From assembly GCA_963662275.1 (NCBI GenBank), contig OY759316.1:1568001-1632000 (forward strand): a DNA stretch of 64,000 nucleotides, read 5' to 3'. Position 1 is the first letter of the stretch. Each line of letters opens with the position of its first letter. A program made the translations under genes and the position numbers. The DNA comes from Candidatus Cloacimonadales bacterium (GTDB lineage Bacteria; Cloacimonadota; Cloacimonadia; Cloacimonadales; DAONDQ01). Positions 47,635 to 58,931 of the stretch are shown here, in pieces. The notes under the pieces were generated by a model, which saw only the letters and a program-made list of their open reading frames with translations, was not told where the DNA came from and did not search any database.

Positions 47635-49764
47635 ATGAAATCAACTTTCCTGGTCGTTTTACTTTTTCTCTTTACTCAACCTGTTTTAGCAAGAATTCAA
47701 AAAATTGGAGAATATAATACTCCCGGGTATGCATATTCAGTCGTTGTAAAAGATAGTATTGCTTGTATTGCTGATTATGAAACAGGATTGCAGATTATTG
47801 ATGTGTCCAATCCCCAGGATCCGCTCTACCTGGGATCATATGATACACCGGGAATTGCATATTCAGTTACGATCGTCGGTAATATTGCCTATGTAGCGGA
47901 TCGGAGTTCAGGAATACAGATTATAGATATATCTGATGCTCAGAATCCTCAATTATTGGGATACTATTATACAATTGGCTCAGCATACTCGGTTTCCATT
48001 GAAGGCGACATAGCCTATATTGCTGAAGGTGAATCGGGCTTGCAGATCATCAATATTTCAAATCCCCTGGATCCACAGTTGTTAGGAGCATATGACATAC
48101 CCGGTTTTGCTTATTCAGTCACGGTAGTCGATAGCATTGCCTATATCTCAGATAGTGAATCAGGTTTGCAGATCATCAATGTATCCAATCCCCTAAATCC
48201 ACAGCTTCTTAGCACTTATTTTGACTTGACTGGATCAGTATATTCTGTCTCCATTGTGAATAATATTGCCTATTTAGCTGCATCGGGATTGCAAATCGTC
48301 GATATTACTGATCCTCAAAATCCACAACTCCTAGGTTCTTATCTTACATCCATTACAGCAGAAAGTGTCATTGTTCTGGATAATATAGCCTATGTTGCTG
48401 ATAATTCAGCAGGTTTGCAGATCATTGATGTATCCAATCCCCAAAATCCACAATTATTGGGCTTTTATGACACTTCCGGTACAACTTTTTCTGTTACTGT
48501 TATTGATGGAATAGCCTATCTTGCTGATAGTGCATCAGGCTTGCAGATCATTGATGTCTCCTCTCCAGAAATTCTGAGTTCTGTAGGTTCTTATGATACT
48601 CCTGGTTTTGTCTTGTCGTTTGCTAAAGTGGGTAACACTGTATACCTCGCAGATTGGGTTACGGGCGTGCAGGTCAGTGATGTATCAGATCCTCAAAATC
48701 CATTATTTCTGGGATTATATTATACTCCCAGTGCAGTTCACGATATAGTCATTGCAGATACCATTGCATTCCTGGCAGAAGACGCTTCAGGTTTGCAGAT
48801 CTTAGATGTTGCCGATCCCCAAAATATACAGTTATTGGGTTTCTATGACACACCAGGGACAGCTTGGCGTCTTGAAGTTATTGATAACATAGCTTATGTC
48901 GCGGATGGTGTTTCAGGCTTGCAGATCATTGATGTATCCAATCCCCGAAGTCCTCAGTTATTTGGTTTTTGTGACACACCCGGGTATGCCTTTTCGATAT
49001 CCGTTATTGGCAGCATAGCCTATGTTGCTGATGAAGCATCCGGTCTGCAAATCATCGATGTGTCTAATCCTCAAAACCCTCTGCTTCTTGGTTCGTGTGA
49101 TACTCCAGGTAGCGCATGTACGTTCGCTTTGTCTGATAGTATTGTCTATTTATCTGACTGGAATTCAGTTGTACAAATCATTAACATCTCTAATCCTTCC
49201 TCGCCTACTTTGATGGGGACTATATCTCTCTATCCAGCCAGCATTGCTTATCAAGTCTATATAGAAAACAATCTCTTATTTCTTTCTGATAACGGTTGGA
49301 ATGAGATTAGAATCTATGATATCAGTAACAGTTCAGAACCTGTGCTGGTGAGTATCTATCCACGAAATTACAATACTTACATGATGTTGCATGAAAACGG
49401 TTTACTTTATACAGCTAATGGATATTATGGGTTCAATATTTTGGATTTTAATGCTATTTCAGTGGAGGAACAAGTTGTTATTTCAAAATCACAATTAACC
49501 TTATCTAATTATCCCAATCCTTTTAATCCAAATACGTCAATTTGTTTTGATTTACCGATTTCCGGAAATGTGAATCTCAATATCTTTAATATTAGAGGAC
49601 AGAAAGTAAAAAGCTTATTGAATGAGCATTGCGATCAAGGTCAGCACACAGTTTCCTGGAATGGAAAAGATGATAATGGCAGATCAACAGCTTCAGGAGT
49701 ATATTTCGCCAGGATAAACAGCGGTGGAAAGAGGGTAAACAGGAAGTTGGTACTTGTTAAGTAA
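47635..49764 (+). CDS. Secreted LVIVD-repeat beta-propeller protein with C-terminal sorting domain
   Basis: About 14 repeats of AYVAD..SGLQIIDVSNPQNPQLLG.YDTPG; NYPNPFNP CTD. Confidence 0.9.
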   Translation: MKSTFLVVLLFLFTQPVLARIQKIGEYNTPGYAYSVVVKDSIACIADYETGLQIIDVSNPQDPLYLGSYDTPGIAYSVTIVGNIAYVADRSSGIQIIDISDAQNPQLLGYYYTIGSAYSVSIEGDIAYIAEGESGLQIINISNPLDPQLLGAYDIPGFAYSVTVVDSIAYISDSESGLQIINVSNPLNPQLLSTYFDLTGSVYSVSIVNNIAYLAASGLQIVDITDPQNPQLLGSYLTSITAESVIVLDNIAYVADNSAGLQIIDVSNPQNPQLLGFYDTSGTTFSVTVIDGIAYLADSASGLQIIDVSSPEILSSVGSYDTPGFVLSFAKVGNTVYLADWVTGVQVSDVSDPQNPLFLGLYYTPSAVHDIVIADTIAFLAEDASGLQILDVADPQNIQLLGFYDTPGTAWRLEVIDNIAYVADGVSGLQIIDVSNPRSPQLFGFCDTPGYAFSISVIGSIAYVADEASGLQIIDVSNPQNPLLLGSCDTPGSACTFALSDSIVYLSDWNSVVQIINISNPSSPTLMGTISLYPASIAYQVYIENNLLFLSDNGWNEIRIYDISNSSEPVLVSIYPRNYNTYMMLHENGLLYTANGYYGFNILDFNAISVEEQVVISKSQLTLSNYPNPFNPNTSICFDLPISGNVNLNIFNIRGQKVKSLLNEHCDQGQHTVSWNGKDDNGRSTASGVYFARINSGGKRVNRKLVLVK

Positions 49765-49900
49765 AGAAACCTTATTAAAATATTGTATCACTTCTTGATA
49801 AAGCAAGTCATAAAAAAAAGAACTTGACATTTGATTTATCACCTTTATTATAATATGGTTACATATGATTATGGGTTGAGACAAAAAGAAGAGGGATAAT

Positions 49901-49999
49901 ATGAAATCAAATTTATGGAAACCAAGGGAATTGCTATCACATTTTGCCTTTCTAATAGGGATAAAGGGAATAAGGAGGATTTATACACCTATTATCTAG
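49901..49999 (+). CDS. Possible 32-aa small peptide
   Basis: GAGGGA RBS then ATG; MKSNLWKPRELLSHFAFLIGIKGIRRIYTPII*; downstream of TTGACA..TATAAT. Confidence 0.3.
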   Translation: MKSNLWKPRELLSHFAFLIGIKGIRRIYTPII

Positions 50000-50105
50000 T
50001 TACTTAATTTCTGGAAGTACTCTCTTGATTTCTGCAATCATTATTAATATTGAACATAATGTAATGTTATCTATATGGTTTCCTTCAACACCAATAGGAT
50101 GTCCA

Positions 50106-51566
50106 ATGATTAAGTATCTCAATTTCAAGCTTCTCGCATTCTCTATCTGTTTTATATTGTTTGGTTTTTCTCTTTGCTATAGTTATGAAATAGCCATACC
50201 TGGTATTGGAATGCCGAAGATGTTTACAACTTCAGATATTGATTTAGATGGTGATCAGGATCTAATTGTATCTGGAAATACACTCTCAGGAAACTTTAAA
50301 ATTCTGAAAAACTTAGGAAATGGAACATTCAACATCGAAAATTCGTTACCCGGATGTCGAAGAAATGCCCGCAATAGCAAATTGTATGATTTTAATAATG
50401 ACGGATATCCAGATATTGATTGTTATTATCCTGTATTTTATGACGATGGTGGTTATGATTTTTAAACACGAATATACATCAATCAGGCTGGTCATTTTGA
50501 TGAGTCAGAATTTATAGAGTTTTTTCCGATTCCACATTCTTCATCAAACTCGAACAAGTTTGGGGATTGGGATGGGGATGGATATATAGATTATTTTTAT
50601 GGAGCTAATGACTATTATTATTTTGTACATAATAACACGGATAATACTTTTACAGAGACTGGAGACTCTCTAGCAGGAAATTGTTTCGCGCAACTAAAAG
50701 ATATTGATTCTGATGGATTTGATGAGCTTTTACTTTCTCAAAATGGGTTGACAATTTACAAATTTCCGGATTTAGCTAATCCGATTTTTAACTATCCTTC
50801 TGAAGACATATTCAGAAATATGGATGTGCTTGATACAGACAATGATGGTGATTTAGACATAATCACAACATGGAGCGACTGGATTTCCAGCTCAATTGTG
50901 AATATCTATGAAAATACATCATCCCTTGATTATACCCTTCATAGCAATACCTATTATGATATCAGAACATTTGATGGTATCATTTTCAAAGACTTTAATC
51001 TCGATGGTTATCCTGATATCCTTAACTATACTTATGTTTCAAAGTTTAACATTAATGATTTCGGTTATCCTTTTAGTGATATCTATATGCTACCTGTTAT
51101 GTTACCGGATTATCCAATTTACTATGACTACTCATGTTTTGACTATATTGATTTAGATGGTAATCATACTCTTGATTTTATCTTGTTGTATGATACACCT
51201 GCTGCTATGGTTCGGGTATATTATAACCGTGGAGATGGCAGTTTTTCGGATGATCCGATTGTGACAAATAATGATGAACATGTTGCAGAACCCCAAGTTA
51301 TGATTTCAGCTTATCCAAATCCATTTACAAATCAGATTACTTTTACAGCATTTAACAAAAAACCAGCAATAGTTTCATTAACGATTTATAACATTAAAGG
51401 TCAAAAAATCAAGGAAATAATAAAGAACAGCAGGAATTCAAGAGAGATGGGCATCATTTGGGATGGAACAAATGATCACAACTCTTCAGTAGCTTCCAGT
51501 GTTTACTTTGCCAGGATGAGCTATAGTGGTAAAAATGTCAGCAAGAAGCTAGTGCTGGTTAAATAA
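50106..51566 (+). pseudogene. FG-GAP/VCBS-repeat secreted protein with CTD, interrupted by one in-frame TAA (50463-50465)
   Basis: Both ORF-track fragments are in the same frame; the intervening sequence is open and encodes GDWDGDGYID and DIDSDGFDE repeats. Confidence 0.85.
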
Positions 51567-51699
51567 TTAAAAATTAAGAATTAAAAAATTAGGCAGAGAA
51601 GACTAATACAAAATCCAAAAAAGTTCACAAAGAACTCAAAAAAAACTATCAAAGATAACTCATCTAACTCTTATAAACAATAGGGTGTCATCACTATAC

Positions 51700-51768
51700 T
51701 ATTACGGTACAAATACGGTTTTTTACCGTAATGATACCGTATTGCTACCGTATTGCTACCGTAATGCT
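51700..51768. repeat. 11-bp periodic element (TACGG x2 facing TACCGTAWTGM x4)
   Basis: attacggtacaaatacggttttttaccgtaatgataccgtattgctaccgtattgctaccgtaatgct. Confidence 0.85.
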
Positions 51769-52069
51769 CTTAGGGGGCTACATGAGTCCGGAGGATGGTA
51801 ATTTAATAATATCGTAAAAGATATGTTGTTTTTGCATTAATCTGTTGTGTTGTCCTAACGGACGTAAATAGGAACATGCTGCTAGTGCTTTTATCAAATC
51901 CACTTGCGTTAGGATTCCACAGAATTTGTTATTGACAGAAAGAACTTACACAAATGACGTAAAATAAAGACAAGTAGCCGCTTGTTATCATAAATGCGTA
52001 TTTGAAATGGACTATACTTATTGTGTCATAAAAAACGATGGATTGAATATTCAAAAGAGGAAAGTAACC

Positions 52070-53488
52070 ATGAAGAAATTTCTATTAACATTATTTGCCC
52101 TATGTATGCTCAGCGTCCTAATGTGGGCACAGACTGGGGAGCCAGAAATTATTGACTTAAATCAATTGACTTTCGCTCTTGAGTCAAACCAATTGGTTAT
52201 CAGTAATGGCTATGGCTACACCAGAAATACTCTGCCAACTGCATCTCTTTGTCAATTTGATCTCACAACAAGGCAGTCTAATTGGATCAGAAACATTAAT
52301 ACTATTTACAATGGTACGGTCATGGACGGGCATGGGCTAGCACTAACTCCGTCTGGTAATATATGCTATCCCGATGGAGCTGATATTATAGTTGTATCGG
52401 AGCAGAATGAAGTTCTTTGGAGTAGAAGCCTATCCCCCTACCTAACCGGGGGTATTGGTTTTACAATAACTGCCGCTGAGCAATATCTAATAGCTTACAG
52501 TATGGGAAGCGATTTAATACTCCTGGACTATACTACGGGACAAGTAATTAATTATTGGCATATACCAACCTCCGGATTATCCAGTTGCGGTGATCATAGT
52601 GTCTTTGCAGCAGCTGATTCTGTTTTCTATTGTGTTGATGGCATGCCAATGGGAGTCGTCTATAACACGGGGAACAAACTAACCAAAGTCAAAATTGTAA
52701 ACGGAGTCCCTCAAATTATATGGGAGCATGAAACTCCTGACATGAGTGACTCACGTGTTGCTATAGATGGCAATACAATATTCTTTCAGGGTCGTCAAGT
52801 TGATCCGTGGTGCAACAGCATAATTGATGTGATTATTGATGACGGTGAAAGCTATCATTTGAATGCTACAATTGATGTCAGCGGACCAGACAGCGTTACG
52901 ATAGTTAATGGAATGAGGATTTGGAACCACAAGCTACTGGTGGCCACTCAAACTAGGATTGGTGAAGACCCTAATTTCACCGGCGGAAGGTTTGCTAGCA
53001 CAATAGTTTACAATACAAACGGTAGTGTGTATTGGCGAATCAACCAGTATATGTCGCAGTTTTGTGCGAACTACGCTGTCACTTTCAACACCAATACAAT
53101 TTATGTCTTAGGAGCCAGCCGACCAACCTATGAAGGTTGGCAACAACAAGTAATGTGGTTAACTGAGATTAGCGCACCTATATCTATTCATGATCCAATA
53201 ATCCCTTCTATACCTTCTATATTAACTTGTTACCCAAATCCGTTCCGAGGAATTACAAGTATCAAATTTAATCAAATAGAGAATAGCCTTACCACGCTGT
53301 CTGTTTATAACATAAAAGGACAATTAGTCAGAACATTGGTCAGTTCACAGAAATATCAGATTGGCGAACACTCTGTGTCTTGGGATTGTAAATCAGTTTA
53401 CGGTGTGAAGATGACTTCTGGTATTTACTTTATTAAAATCAAATCAGGAGCGAGCATTTCTACAAAGAAAATAGTAATGCTCAAATAG
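52070..53488 (+). CDS. Secreted beta-rich protein with C-terminal sorting domain
   Basis: Signal peptide MKKFLLTLFALC.. behind GAGG; CYPNPF..VYNIKGQLV CTD. Confidence 0.8.
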   Translation: MKKFLLTLFALCMLSVLMWAQTGEPEIIDLNQLTFALESNQLVISNGYGYTRNTLPTASLCQFDLTTRQSNWIRNINTIYNGTVMDGHGLALTPSGNICYPDGADIIVVSEQNEVLWSRSLSPYLTGGIGFTITAAEQYLIAYSMGSDLILLDYTTGQVINYWHIPTSGLSSCGDHSVFAAADSVFYCVDGMPMGVVYNTGNKLTKVKIVNGVPQIIWEHETPDMSDSRVAIDGNTIFFQGRQVDPWCNSIIDVIIDDGESYHLNATIDVSGPDSVTIVNGMRIWNHKLLVATQTRIGEDPNFTGGRFASTIVYNTNGSVYWRINQYMSQFCANYAVTFNTNTIYVLGASRPTYEGWQQQVMWLTEISAPISIHDPIIPSIPSILTCYPNPFRGITSIKFNQIENSLTTLSVYNIKGQLVRTLVSSQKYQIGEHSVSWDCKSVYGVKMTSGIYFIKIKSGASISTKKIVMLK

Positions 53489-53763
53489 GATTCGGTTATA
53501 TATACAGAATTATAATTGCAAACATAGAAAAGATATAGGAATTGATCAATAATACATTTGATAGATTTATTCTAATACTCTATTTGATAATTATCCATGG
53601 TGCCAAAGCTTTGATATAGTCGCTTTCACCGCCCAGACTGTTTGACTTGGTATCCAGTGCCATCTTGATTATCCATTTATAGCGAATGCCATTCTCCCCT
53701 ACTAATTTCTGGGCTGCCAATATCCGGTAGATGTCGCTTAGGTTGATACGAAAATATTATTAT

Positions 53764-53788
53764 CAGTAGGATCGGAATCCTACTCCAC
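53764..53788. repeat. Solo REP copy (GTAGGATCGGAATCCTACTCCAC)
   Basis: Identical to the terminal unit of 24905-25188. Confidence 0.85.
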
Positions 53789-54143
53789 ATAACAGTCATT
53801 AGGATCAGCATCTTACTCGACAACACCGCCCCCCCTACCCCCCTTCTCAGGGGGGGGATTTGGCGGAATTCAGAAGTTCAGAAGAAGAGAATACAGAATC
53901 AAACTTTCTGACCTAAAGGTCACCTCCCTTCACCTGAAGGGAGGAATGGGTCTGCGGACGCTGACCCATTCCAGCTACCAGTTACCAGTTTCTTGCCTTC
54001 TTCCCTTCTGTCCTTCTGCCTATTCTTTTCACTGGACAATTCTAATTCATTTTTGTCATTTGGTTACTAATGAATAGTAATCAAGACGTGAATGAAAATC
54101 TTAAATCTTCAATCGTAAATTTTAAATAAAATATAGGAGTTGG

Positions 54144-54539
54144 ATGATGAAGTATCTGAAGACTTACCCCGACAAATGCACCGGTTGCCATACGTGTGAG
54201 CAGGTTTGTTCTGAATTGTATTTCAAGGAGAACAATCCAGAAAAGTCCTGCATTCACATTTTAGCGAAAGAAAGTTCATTTGAAATGCAGGTGTGCGAGC
54301 AATGCCAGACCTGTGTCGGAGAATGTCCCACCCAAGCCTTGACGATTACTCCCCAAGGCGTCGTCATGCTGAATAAGAAGCTCTGTATCGGCTGTTATGC
54401 CTGTGTGGCAGTTTGCCCAACCAAGACAATGTTCACTCATCATTCAGGTATCCAACCATTCAAATGTATTGCCTGCGGTGCCTGTGCCAGGAAATGCCCA
54501 TCACAAGCTCTTGAAATTATCACAGGGGAGACAAAATGA
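54144..54539 (+). CDS. 4Fe-4S ferredoxin-like subunit associated with AOR
   Basis: Four CxxCxxCxxxC-type clusters; ATGA overlap with AOR. Confidence 0.92.
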   Translation: MMKYLKTYPDKCTGCHTCEQVCSELYFKENNPEKSCIHILAKESSFEMQVCEQCQTCVGECPTQALTITPQGVVMLNKKLCIGCYACVAVCPTKTMFTHHSGIQPFKCIACGACARKCPSQALEIITGETK

Positions 54540-56698
54540 GTCATTATACCATTGCGGAAATGAAGGCAAAGCATAAGATTCTTGCTGAATATAAATACGA
54601 ACTGCGTCCGGTCATCAAAGGCTATAACAGACGTACGCTGCACATTGACCTGACCACGAAGACGATCACTGAAAAGCCTGTATCCGATGATATGATAGAT
54701 CGATTTACAGGTGGTAAGGGTTTTGACCTCAAACTAATGTGGGATGCCGTGAAGGATACCACCCAGTGGAATGATCCTGAAAATGAAATCTGTATTGCCT
54801 TCGGTCCTGTTTGCGGTAACACCAACTATCCGGGTTCGGGGAAATCCATCGTTACTACGATCTCTCCTTTAACAGGGATTCCTGTTGATTGTAACGTTGG
54901 TGGACACTTTGGTCCTTATACGAAGTTCGCTGGTTTTGATGCTCTTGAACTGCAAGGAAAAGCGGATGAGGATGTCATCGTTTATCTCGACGGAGATGCA
55001 GGTCTGATCCAGATTATGACAGCTCCCCTGGAAGCCATCGACAGCCATGTTGTGGCAGAGCAGTTCATCGAACAGTTTGCCGATTCACCTGACAAGAAGC
55101 AGTGCGTTTCTGTGGTTTCCGCAGGACGTGGTGCTGAAAATACATTCATCTCCTGCCTCAATTTCTCCTTTTATGACAAACGCCGTGAAGCTGCCCGTTT
55201 GAAACAGGCTGGTCGTGGTGGTACTGGTCGTGTATTCCGTGATAAGGGTCTGAAAGCTCTCGTCGTGAAATATAGCGGTCTTAAGAGTGATTCTAATAAT
55301 CCTGTCGATCTTCCCACACTCCAGAAGACAGGACTCAAGCTGCATAAGGAAATCATTGAAAATGACGATAGTCAGTGTAAAATGCGCCAGATGGGTACTG
55401 CACACTTGGTCGAGATCATGAACGATTATGACCTGCTTCCTGTGAAGAACTTTAAGTATGGACAGCATCCCGATGCTAAGAACCTGGCTTCCTGGGAATG
55501 GAAGAAGCTTTTTACTCAAAATATGCCCGATGGCTGCTGGTTCGGTTGCACGATGGCTTGCTGCAAGGCGGTCGATGAATTCGAACTGAGGACAGGTCCG
55601 TACAAAGGCGATAAAGTAGTTGTTGATGGTCCTGAATACGAAACAGTAGGCGGATGCGGTTCCAATATCTGTGTTTTCAATGCCAGGGATGTTGTGGAAA
55701 TCAACTTCTATTGCGACACATACGGTATCGACACAATCTCCTTCGGTACGACCACTGCTTTTGTGATGGAATGCTATGAATACGGTATTTTGAACCTGGA
55801 GCGCACCGGTGGTCTTGACTTCACTTGGGGCAATAGTGATGCTGTATTGGAACTGCTTCATCAGATGGCTCGCGGAGAAGGTTTTGGTATGAAAGCCGGT
55901 TTAGGTGTCCGACAGTTGCGTGACTACCTCGTGAAAGAATATGGAGCTGATTACAAACAGCTCAAAGATATGGGAATGGAAGCGAAAGGCTTGGAATACT
56001 CCCAGTATATGTCCAAGGAATCGCTTGCCCAGCAGGGTGGCTATACGCTCGCCCTGAAAGGTCCACAGCATGACGAAGCCTGGCTGATCTTCATGGATAT
56101 GGTGAATAACCGTATTCCCACTTTCGAAGATAAAGCCGAAGCGCTTCACTACTTCCCGATGTTCCGTACCTGGTTCGGATTGCAGGGCTTGTGCAAACTT
56201 CCCTGGAATGATATTGAACCTGTGAATAATGCAGAGACCTCTGAACCTGCCAAGGTTCCTGAACATGTGGAAAACTATCTGACAATATATGAAGCAATTA
56301 CGGGTAAACACCTGACGAAAGAAGAAATGATTCTTCAATCTGAACGAGTCTATAATTTCCAGAAAGTATTCTGTATGCGTATGGGTAAAGGCAGAAGGGA
56401 AGATGACAGACCACCGTATCGTGCCGTGGGTCCTGTTACAGAGGAAGAATATCTTTCCCGCCAGGAACGCTATGATAAGCATATCACTGAAAAACTTGGA
56501 CTGGATCCGACAACGATGACCACTGTTGAAAAGATGGCAAAGCTTCGTGCCTATCGTGAAGACCAGTACGAACAGCTCATCGACGCCGTTTACAAACGCA
56601 AGGGCTGGAATAAGGAAGGTGTGCCTACCATTGAACATCTGAAGAAGATAGGCATGGATCTGCCGGAAGTGCTGGAAGTCGTGAAAAGATATTTATAA
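54536..56698 (+). CDS. Aldehyde:ferredoxin oxidoreductase family (W/Mo-pterin) enzyme
   Basis: ISPLTG, VGGHFG, QAGRGGTGRV..K.LKA, GCWFGCTMAC, GPEYET, CDTYGIDTIS, KGW..EGVPT. Confidence 0.92.
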   Translation: MSHYTIAEMKAKHKILAEYKYELRPVIKGYNRRTLHIDLTTKTITEKPVSDDMIDRFTGGKGFDLKLMWDAVKDTTQWNDPENEICIAFGPVCGNTNYPGSGKSIVTTISPLTGIPVDCNVGGHFGPYTKFAGFDALELQGKADEDVIVYLDGDAGLIQIMTAPLEAIDSHVVAEQFIEQFADSPDKKQCVSVVSAGRGAENTFISCLNFSFYDKRREAARLKQAGRGGTGRVFRDKGLKALVVKYSGLKSDSNNPVDLPTLQKTGLKLHKEIIENDDSQCKMRQMGTAHLVEIMNDYDLLPVKNFKYGQHPDAKNLASWEWKKLFTQNMPDGCWFGCTMACCKAVDEFELRTGPYKGDKVVVDGPEYETVGGCGSNICVFNARDVVEINFYCDTYGIDTISFGTTTAFVMECYEYGILNLERTGGLDFTWGNSDAVLELLHQMARGEGFGMKAGLGVRQLRDYLVKEYGADYKQLKDMGMEAKGLEYSQYMSKESLAQQGGYTLALKGPQHDEAWLIFMDMVNNRIPTFEDKAEALHYFPMFRTWFGLQGLCKLPWNDIEPVNNAETSEPAKVPEHVENYLTIYEAITGKHLTKEEMILQSERVYNFQKVFCMRMGKGRREDDRPPYRAVGPVTEEEYLSRQERYDKHITEKLGLDPTTMTTVEKMAKLRAYREDQYEQLIDAVYKRKGWNKEGVPTIEHLKKIGMDLPEVLEVVKRYL

Positions 56699-56734
56699 TG
56701 AAATTGTAAAATCTTATTCATAAGATTTATATAT

Positions 56735-56763
56735 GACGCCATCTCGTAAGAGGTGGCGTTTTT
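56735..56763 (+). terminator. Terminator after AOR
   Basis: GACGCCATCTC-gtaa-GAGGTGGCGTT-TTT. Confidence 0.8.
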
Positions 56764-56944
56764 AATCATTTATTCAGCAGGGAGAGGATATCCTGCTTTG
56801 CTTCAACATATAATACTTTACTAACAAAATACATTGAGCAATAATGAAATAATATTTATGTTTGGAATAAGATTTTCATTATATGAGTTCATGTTAGTCG
56901 ATGTTCATATTTAGTTTGATTCTTCCTTACTATCCTGTGGAGGG

Positions 56945-58921
56945 ATGATGAAAAGAAAGATATTTATTATACTGTTTGTGAGCTTGGTAGCAACTTTGTG
57001 TGCACAAGAAAGTGGGTATTTAATGAGTTGGGGTGAATTAAAAGGAGGAACACCTGGTGATGAAATATCAAGCATATCAGCTGGTTCTCAATTTAGTTTA
57101 GTCTTAAAAACAGACGGTTCATTGGCTGCATGGGGATTGAATGCTTCAGGAGAATGTGATGTTCCATCAGGTAACAATTACATTGCTATTTCCGTTGGTG
57201 GGTCACATGCTTTAGCACTACGGAATGATGGATCAATTATCGCATGGGGATCCAATTACTATGGAGAATGTGATGTCCCACCTGGTAATGATTTTCAAGC
57301 TATTGCAGCAGGCATGAATCACAGCCTTGCCCTTAGAACGGATGGTACACTTGCCGCATGGGGAGATAGCGAAGAAATGCTGAATTGGGCTCCTCCTGGT
57401 AATAACTTCATTTCTATTTCAGCAGGTACATATTTCAACATGGCTCTAAAAGCAGATAGCACATTCATAGTTTGGGGTCAATATTACAATGATCTTCCCG
57501 GAAATGATTATAAAGCAATTTCTGCTGGATATCATCACTATCTTGCTATAAAAGTGGATGGCTCACTCGCTGCTTGGGGTGAAAATAGTGTAGGTCAATG
57601 TAATGTCCCTCCCGGTAATGATTATGTGGCAATTGTAGCTGGAGGTTTGGAATACAACCACGATGGCATATATGAACAAACAGGTTATAGCCTAGCCCTC
57701 AAATCGGATGGTTCAATCGTAGCTTGGGGGAGTAATAATGTAGGTCAATGCAACGTTCCTGAGGGGAATGATTACACGCAGATCTCCGGTGGTTGGTACC
57801 ATGGATTAGCTTTAAAATCTAATCATTCGATGGTTTCCTGGGGGCTCAATAATATGCATCAAAATATCAATTCTGATAATAATTATGTTATGGTATCTGC
57901 GGGTTATTTTCATTGTCTTGCTCTCAAATCAGATGGTTCGCTAGAGGCATGGGGCAGCAGTAGTAATGGTGCATGTGATGTCCCTGATGGTAACAATTAT
58001 ATAGCAATAGCTGCTAGTGGGAGTTCTAATATTGTATTAAGATCAGATGGATCGTTATTTGGTTGGGGTTACGACGGAGCTGGACAGATTGCGGGTATTC
58101 CTTCAGGGAATAATTTTGTTGCAATCGCTGCTGGGGGAGATCACGCTATTGCACTGAAATCGGATGGTTCAATTGTCACATGGGGGTCCATCCGTACATA
58201 TCCCTCTGGTAATGATTTCATCGCAATAGCATCTGGATGGGAGTGTAATCTAGCCCTAAGATCAAACGGTACTGTCCTTGCATGGGGGTTGAATCAATCA
58301 GGCGAATGTAATGTCCCAACGGGTATTTTATGTACTTCCATAGCTGCTGGTTACTGTCATTGTCTAGCTTTGAAGGCAGATAGTTCTCTTGTTGCCTGGG
58401 GATCCAATTTTAACGGAGAAAGAGATGTTCCACCTGGTAATGATTATATTGCTATTTCAGCAGGTGGTTCATATAGTGTTGCACAGAAATCTGATGGATC
58501 ATTAGTTGTTTGGGGTTCACATGCTTATGGTTTAACTGATATACCTGCAAGAAATGATTTTATTGCTTTTTCTGCCGGAACGTATTTTTTAGCAACTCTT
58601 GTTCGTAATGAACCCGTTCATAATGATGAAGAAATTCCAATTCCTATAGCTACTTCCCATATTAGCGCTTATCCCAATCCTTTTTTTTCTTCTGGAACAC
58701 TTACTATTGAAACGACATTGAAAGCTCATGAGAAAGGAACAATCACGATATATAATATAAAAGGTCAAAAAGTAAAATCGTTCGAGGTTAATTCCATCAA
58801 TTCCAGAGTTAATTGGAATGGCAAGGACGAATGCAATCAAACTTGTTCTTCGGGAATTTATCTATATCGGTTAATTACTAACTCTATCAAAGAGACCAAG
58901 AAATTAATCATGTTAAAATAG
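56945..58921 (+). CDS. Secreted RCC1/BLIP-II-repeat protein with C-terminal sorting domain
   Basis: About 14 repeats of AIAAG..HSLALKSDGS.VAWG.N..GQCNVP; YPNPF CTD. Confidence 0.9.
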   Translation: MMKRKIFIILFVSLVATLCAQESGYLMSWGELKGGTPGDEISSISAGSQFSLVLKTDGSLAAWGLNASGECDVPSGNNYIAISVGGSHALALRNDGSIIAWGSNYYGECDVPPGNDFQAIAAGMNHSLALRTDGTLAAWGDSEEMLNWAPPGNNFISISAGTYFNMALKADSTFIVWGQYYNDLPGNDYKAISAGYHHYLAIKVDGSLAAWGENSVGQCNVPPGNDYVAIVAGGLEYNHDGIYEQTGYSLALKSDGSIVAWGSNNVGQCNVPEGNDYTQISGGWYHGLALKSNHSMVSWGLNNMHQNINSDNNYVMVSAGYFHCLALKSDGSLEAWGSSSNGACDVPDGNNYIAIAASGSSNIVLRSDGSLFGWGYDGAGQIAGIPSGNNFVAIAAGGDHAIALKSDGSIVTWGSIRTYPSGNDFIAIASGWECNLALRSNGTVLAWGLNQSGECNVPTGILCTSIAAGYCHCLALKADSSLVAWGSNFNGERDVPPGNDYIAISAGGSYSVAQKSDGSLVVWGSHAYGLTDIPARNDFIAFSAGTYFLATLVRNEPVHNDEEIPIPIATSHISAYPNPFFSSGTLTIETTLKAHEKGTITIYNIKGQKVKSFEVNSINSRVNWNGKDECNQTCSSGIYLYRLITNSIKETKKLIMLK

Positions 58922-58931
58922 AAGGGAAGCA

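Noticed and set aside
50320..50517. Frameshift or phase variation in the FG-GAP gene
   Set aside because: The upstream and downstream fragments are in the same frame, so the lesion is a nonsense codon and not a slipped tract
53570..53750. Possible transposase/integrase remnant on the minus strand (..LGGESDYIKALAPW..)
   Set aside because: Only a faint resemblance to IS3-type motifs, with no DDE residues or terminal repeats; needs tBLASTx
55085..56638. Long minus-strand ORFs (258 and 245 aa)
   Set aside because: Antisense shadows of the codon-biased AOR gene
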